The notes beneath the pieces were generated by a model. That model saw nothing but the letters and a program-made list of their open reading frames with translations, did not search any database and was not told the origin of the DNA. A stretch of 38,466 nt of DNA from Catajapyx aquilonaris (Eukaryota). Shown here piece by piece: positions 33,479 to 38,466 of the stretch (position 1 is its first letter; each line of letters opens with the position of its first letter). The stretch is taken from positions 1-38,466 of the forward strand of contig JYFJ02003739.1 in NCBI GenBank assembly GCA_000934665.2. Direction: 5' to 3'. The position numbers were made by a program, and so were the translations under genes.

Positions 33479-33587
33479 TGAGGATGGTGAGTTTGGACCG
33501 GGTGTAACAAAAGAGTCGTCCTCTTACCATCAGACTCTCTGGCTGCATTGATTGCTTTGCCTGCTTCTGCTGCCCCTGCCGCCATCC
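33355..33587 (-). other. Candidate upstream exon containing an (ATT)24 microsatellite
   Basis: Acceptor tgtgtgtttcag| at 33587, strong donor CTT|gtaagt at 33355, and an internal donor G|gtaaga near 33528. Two frames are open through the repeat (poly-Ile and poly-Leu). Confidence 0.35.
33406..33477. repeat. (AAT)24 microsatellite preceded by a short (AGC)3
   Basis: Read directly. Confidence 0.97.
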
Positions 33588-35485
33588 CTGAAACACACAT
33601 GCGCGAAAGCAGGGGTCTATCGGAGATTACTCCCGGTACGGTTCCTCCAACTGACACCTCCACACAAAAACACACTTATAACTACTATGAAAGGTTTTGT
33701 GCCAAAGGTTTGGCGACAATTCCTGCAATAGCCTGATTGTATACTGTATGTTTTGGCCTAAAATCATCAGAAGCTAACTCTAAATGAGGGGGAGTTGTGT
33801 TGCCCATGTGTTTGAATTATATTTCACTAGCTCTCTGCAATACGTTGTACTAGTGGGATACTCACACATGCGGTGTGGATTTTACAATGATCAAAATTTA
33901 ATTACTTGGGGAGACTACTCCGAAAATAAAATACGCTTTCACGTTAGTCGTCCAGGTCAAGGCAGGTTCTCTCTCAACCTCCATGACGACAAGCGCTTAC
34001 CATATTCAAAGAAACTTAGATTACGCAACACTACAAGCAGTGAGTGCCAAATATTTGGGCGTGAGAAAGTTTCCAAAGCCGTCATTATGAACGTTAATGT
34101 TGCATTTAGGTACTCCTAACGAAAAGATAACCTTCCTTGCAGAGAATACTTCTTTGCCACCGAAATTAATAATAACACTTTAAGGATGAGTGGTAGCCCT
34201 GGCCTCACCTTTAGCAACGTTGACATATAGGAATTTGCGTCAGTGAATAATATACTGAATAATATTACACACTTGCCATACCTGTGATGTGCCTTTAAAT
34301 TATTGTCGCTCGTTATGTTCTCACAAAACAAAAATTAAAGGCACAAAGTTCTGTATACTGTATACTCTGTACGAGCAACAATACCCGATTCTGAAGCATA
34401 CGGTGACAATAACTTCTCAAGGAAATTAATTTCTTTTATGGTTTAAGGAAGTTTCAGTTACTAACAGAAATTAATAGTGACGATAACATACACAGTCGTT
34501 ATTATTGTTTTGGAAGAGTGATCCAAAATCAGTTCTTGTCCAATTACTATGGCTATTTATGTTGGCACTAAGCGGCTTATTTTGTAACAATAACTTTTTC
34601 TTAGGTACCGGTACTCTTAATGTTTATCAAAAGTATTAGATCTGCTAATAATATGCCGAACTGAATCATCCATTCAAGCTTTGAAGTCCTAAGTATGACT
34701 TCCGACTAGGAATGGCCCACACACTTCGCATCTCACGTCAATGACAGACCCCACTTTGTGTAGACCAGTCCACTTGCAGGCTTCAAAAAGGATGAATAGA
34801 CGTAACCTGATGTTGGCAGCTAACACTTTTGAGATCGATTAAAATAAGTAACAATGCATAAGTAACTGCTACAAAAATAATCAGACTATAGTGCCAAAAA
34901 TAGCCCCATCAATCAGACAAGAGTATTTTGCATCATCCTGAATAGTATACACGTACGACTTCTGATGGACAACTGAAAACGATTTAATGATTTTAAAAAA
35001 CTAGCATTACATTGGCGCACTATCAATGCCACTCCACAAATGTTAACACGGTAAGAAAGTGCACTCTGTCTTTTAGTCAGTTTCTTCTCTTTTGAGTGTC
35101 AGGATCGTTAGGAGGGTAGATATTTCCCCTCCAGTAATTTCTCCGCTCCCAATCAGCACCCGCTTCACATGATTACACGGAGAACTGATCGGTTTAACAA
35201 GATGGTCTATCTTTAACTTTAGTGGCACGAGAAACAATGGCCTATATAGAGTGTGCAATCAACTACCATCATTATTATCCGAGAGTTGGAGAGGGGAAGG
35301 AGCCACCATCAGTAAAGTATACTGTATGTCGTAACATAATCAAGGGTCGCTTCCCATCCTATGTCCTACATCATGATGAACTTGCAATATTTATGCGATC
35401 CTTTTGTCATAATTTAAGATCAATATTATAATAATCTGGTTAGTACTTTGACTCCTCTTGGGGTATTGCACGGTCCTTTATTACT

Positions 35486-35487
<2 letters not shown>

Positions 35488-35550
<63 letters not shown>

Positions 35551-35824
35551 CCCGTGATAGAGCTCGTGGCCCTCTTAGGGGGGCAGGGGAGGTTCCCAAG
35601 GGAGGGCGCTGTAATTTTTAGTCATTTCTGACTGTGAAATACACCAGACCTTTTCTGCTGGCCCCGGTCAGAGTAGGGAGTGCAATTCTGCCCCGGTATG
35701 TCGGGTGAAAAGCGGAAAAAGACCAGACCAACCAAGCAGAGGTGACGATGACGGGGACGGGATTTGACCCCCAGCCTCCCGCTTGGCTGGCCAGCGGCGT
35801 AACCGCTAGACCACCATGCCGCCC
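35488..35824 (-). mobile_element. tRNA-derived SINE with an (AAT)20 tail
   Basis: Minus-strand head GGGCGGCATGG-TGGTCTAGCGG (A box), GGGTCAAATCCC (B-box-like); 3' CCCCCCTAA..CTATCACGGGGT; tail (ATT)20 at 35488-35547. Confidence 0.8.
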
Positions 35825-36115
35825 TTATTTATTTTACTTTATGAGTTTACCCCATTTGGAGAATCAGCGCTCCATTAGGGGGGTAGAATACCACCATTTT
35901 TACCACTCAATTTTTCTGAAATTTTCTTCACACATGGCTGGGGCCAAGGATAGGGAAGGAAGGAATCGGCTGTGGCCTATGGTACGGAAGCGACCCCGGA
36001 ATTATCCTGGGGAGACCATGGAAAACCACAGAAAACCACGGTCAGGATCGCCGGCCCCGGGAATCGAACCGATTAGCAGTCGGACTTCTTAACCACTACA
36101 CCAACCTGCTTCGGT
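35825..36115 (-). mobile_element. tRNA-derived SINE of a different family, abutting the previous one
   Basis: Head ACCGAAGCAGGT-TGGTGTAGTGG (A box), GGTTCGATTCCC (B box); core GTGGTTTTCTGTGGTTTTCC...GGCCACAGCCGATTCCTTCC recalled from hexapod SINEs; shared ATGGTGGT..CCCCCCTAA..GGGGT tail. Confidence 0.8.
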
Positions 36116-36170
36116 ACGGTTATTATTAACTTCATGACATGAAGTTAATAATAACCGTACCGAAGCAGGT
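36104..36170. repeat. Perfect 67-bp palindrome (33-bp arms, 1-nt loop) overlapping a SINE 5' end
   Basis: ACCTGCTTCGGTACGGTTATTATTAACTTCATG A CATGAAGTTAATAATAACCGTACCGAAGCAGGT. Confidence 0.95.
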
Positions 36171-36199
36171 ATATGTATACAATATATTTGTACACAACT

Positions 36200-36320
36200 G
36201 GGACCTTTAACGAAGCGCCCGGGCCCACGGGCAGGGATGAGTGGGAGGGGAAGTGCAAGGCCCTGCAGTCCAATTGTCTCATATGGTCATTTTGTGAGTT
36301 CCCCCGGGTGGTTAGTCATT
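36200..36320 (-). mobile_element. SINE fragment sharing its core with 10023-10318
   Basis: Reverse complement GACTAACCACCCGGGGGAACTCACAAAATGACCA..GAGACA..TTGCACTTCCCCTCCCA matches 10143-10237 but has a different 3' end. Confidence 0.65.
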
Positions 36321-36464
36321 GAAGATCAATATACTAGTATTACATATTTTTAAATGCCAGCAGTAGGTTTCTACAAATCTCTGTAGTGATTCAAAATGCT
36401 AATTTTTTATGCACTACACTACAGCATTGTTTTTAACCACCGCTATACCCCCTTTACTACAAGA

Positions 36465-36512
36465 AAACCCGTGCTTTCGAACTATTTATGTATAGTTCGA
36501 AAGCACGGGTTT
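36465..36512. repeat. Hairpin with perfect 21-bp arms and 6-nt loop
   Basis: AAACCCGTGCTTTCGAACTAT ttatgt ATAGTTCGAAAGCACGGGTTT. Confidence 0.9.
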
Positions 36513-36857
36513 ATAAAACATAACATCAGCTACCTGACTATTCCATTATCCCCGAACTCTCCAGGGCCACCCCGCAAAGGTAGTCGTCCCTGGAGGGTGA
36601 ACTCCACCCATCTGCAGGATATAGGCCTACACAGCAAGAGTGTGAACATTATAACACTATGCTTGATCCTGATATTTCAGTTACAACCTCTGCATGCACT
36701 GTACTGCTTCAATTATTGACTTGATCATCCCTGTGAATGAAATTCAGGGAAAGTGTCCTCGCTTGCTTTTCATTACTGTGTCGGTATTCAAACAAGCCTG
36801 AAACCGCAGCTCTGGGGATTTCGTTCGGTTACGGGGACATTTTCAAGTCCCACAACG

Positions 36858-36917
36858 TTTTAGGTCGTCACAAGAAAATGCTAATAGGTTTTGTCATTTT
36901 CTTGTGACGACCTAAAA
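36858..36917. repeat. 60-bp hairpin / mini-MITE with perfect 23-bp arms
   Basis: TTTTAGGTCGTCACAAGAAAATG, 14-nt spacer, CATTTTCTTGTGACGACCTAAAA. Confidence 0.88.
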
Positions 36918-37483
36918 TGTGAATGGAAATTATTATAGTTATTTATTTGTTTGTTTGTTTGTTAATAATTAGATGGCGTAAAATTCCACTGTGTCACTAT
37001 TATCGAGTATTTAAAACTGAAGTTAAATAACAAGCTTTTAATCGTGTAGTATTAGACTATAATTCTAGTCATTGTGTCAAGAACGGGCTCTTGTAGGCTA
37101 CTGTAGGCTACAATGATCAGATGATAGTATAGGTATTCTCTGATGAAAGCTCTACTAATTATAAGCAAGGATGATGCAATGTGTCTGTCGCTACGGGAAA
37201 CGTTTGGTTCGGGGGAAAAACTTCTCACAAGCATTACCTATATGTCTACGCCTACCTAATATTTACTTCGTAGAAGTCGTGTAGCTTACATTTCCTGTAA
37301 TGGAAGAGAGTTTCAAGTTTCAAGCTTCGCGAGCGTCAGCGAAGTTGTCTTGTTGCATTACCATCAATTATTTGACTGTACTGTACCTATCCATGCAGAC
37401 ACATTTTGAATAGTATTAATATCTTTTAGCACAAGTCGACTCTATTAAGCGTGCACTATACTTACTTTCTCCACTGCATAATT

Positions 37484-37733
37484 GAGGATGCAGCCGCCAA
37501 AAGCGGCTGTCTTCGCCGAACCCTATTCCGAGAAAATCCCAATTTTGTAGATTCGATTTGTATGGCTGTAAATGGGATTTCCCGATTTCATCCTCTTGTT
37601 ATGGCTCCCAAAAAAATCATTCCGATCTGGCTCTTGGGCTCATTAGGTGGACCTTTACATGAAGTTTTTAATGGTGGTGTTAACTCAAAAACGACAAAAA
37701 TCGAAGATAGCCGCTTTTAGCGGACGCCTCCTC
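37484..37733. mobile_element. 250-bp Sola-like MITE
   Basis: AATT TSD (37480-37483, 37734-37737), GAG...CTC termini, ~32-bp imperfect TIR GAGGATGCAGCCGCCAAAAGCGGCTGTCTTCG / CGAAGATAGCCGCTTTTAGCGGACGCCTCCTC. Confidence 0.72.
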
Positions 37734-38466
37734 AATTTATTATGGAGGTATTCTGGTATTGCATTAATTTTTTGCGTCACGTTATTGCGCAATAATACAT
37801 TGAAATTCAGCCCGTACTGCACATCAAAGGCAGTTTACTAGCGTTATTCCAGAGAGATAATTGTCAGCGAGATGATGAACTTACACCTGCAGGTCCAGAT
37901 TTCCCGCCTAATTTAAACTAGATTTGAGCAGTGTAACTGGCTTTGTAAAGCCTGATGGTGTCAATGGGCTTATTTCAAGGCCTTGTGTCGTTATAGTCTG
38001 GTACTCCGAACCGTTATATGAAGCAAATAATATATTCAGGGTCGGCGCAAAGTGGCACACTATTTGCATATTATAGGAATACGAAGCCGATGACCTAGTC
38101 AAGTTATCCCACCATCACAGCTGCATAGCCATTTTGCGAAGTTTTTTTTAAACGTAAGTTTGTAATATACTGATCCCACTAATAATGAACTACTACATCA
38201 GTTGCCAAATTTGTAGGTTTTAATACAAAAGTTTTTTTTTTCCTTGGGAGAGTATATTCACCAAATCATGGTTAGATTATTTAATATAGGCCTGTTCCTA
38301 TACAGTTATTTCAGGCCGGGGCTTGATTCAAAGTAGTGCATTTACATGGGATCTCCGTTATCCGCGAGTAATGGGGAAGTAGCCTTCATTTTGGAAACTA
38401 CATAATAAATTCGCCCATATTTTTTGGATTTTTTTGGCATATTCCGTTTTAAGATATCAGTTCCCG

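Overview
Eukaryotic, almost certainly arthropod, genomic DNA; no prokaryotic operon, CRISPR array, rRNA or genuine tRNA is visible. The window lies inside one minus-strand multi-exon gene of the DLGAP/SAPAP (GKAP-homology domain) family, most like Drosophila vulcan (vlc). Four phase-consistent coding exons can be read directly (14319-14156, 11755-10764, 7099-6923, 4671-4534). A large probable long-isoform coding exon lies at 29957-28881, there are several candidate alternative 5' exons and promoters between about 19.8 and 37 kb, and the C-terminal exon(s) apparently lie left of the window. The introns are dense with non-autonomous DNA transposons whose TIRs and TSDs are still readable (Tc1/mariner, pogo-like, PIF/Harbinger-like, piggyBac-like, hAT Buster/Charlie, Sola-like), plus tRNA-derived SINEs that share one 3' stem-loop tail, microsatellites and two ~0.6 kb near-spacerless palindromes. 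The most noteworthy observations are: a four-element nested insertion at a single TA; palindromic elements whose long TIRs are made of duplicated transposase C-terminal coding sequence; an RFX X-box-rich palindrome beside a candidate internal promoter; a single in-frame TAA separating a strong-Kozak upstream ORF from the long-isoform ORF; and a candidate exon in which an (ATT)24 microsatellite encodes a poly-Leu signal/anchor-like stretch. Family names come from recalled motifs; no database search was run.
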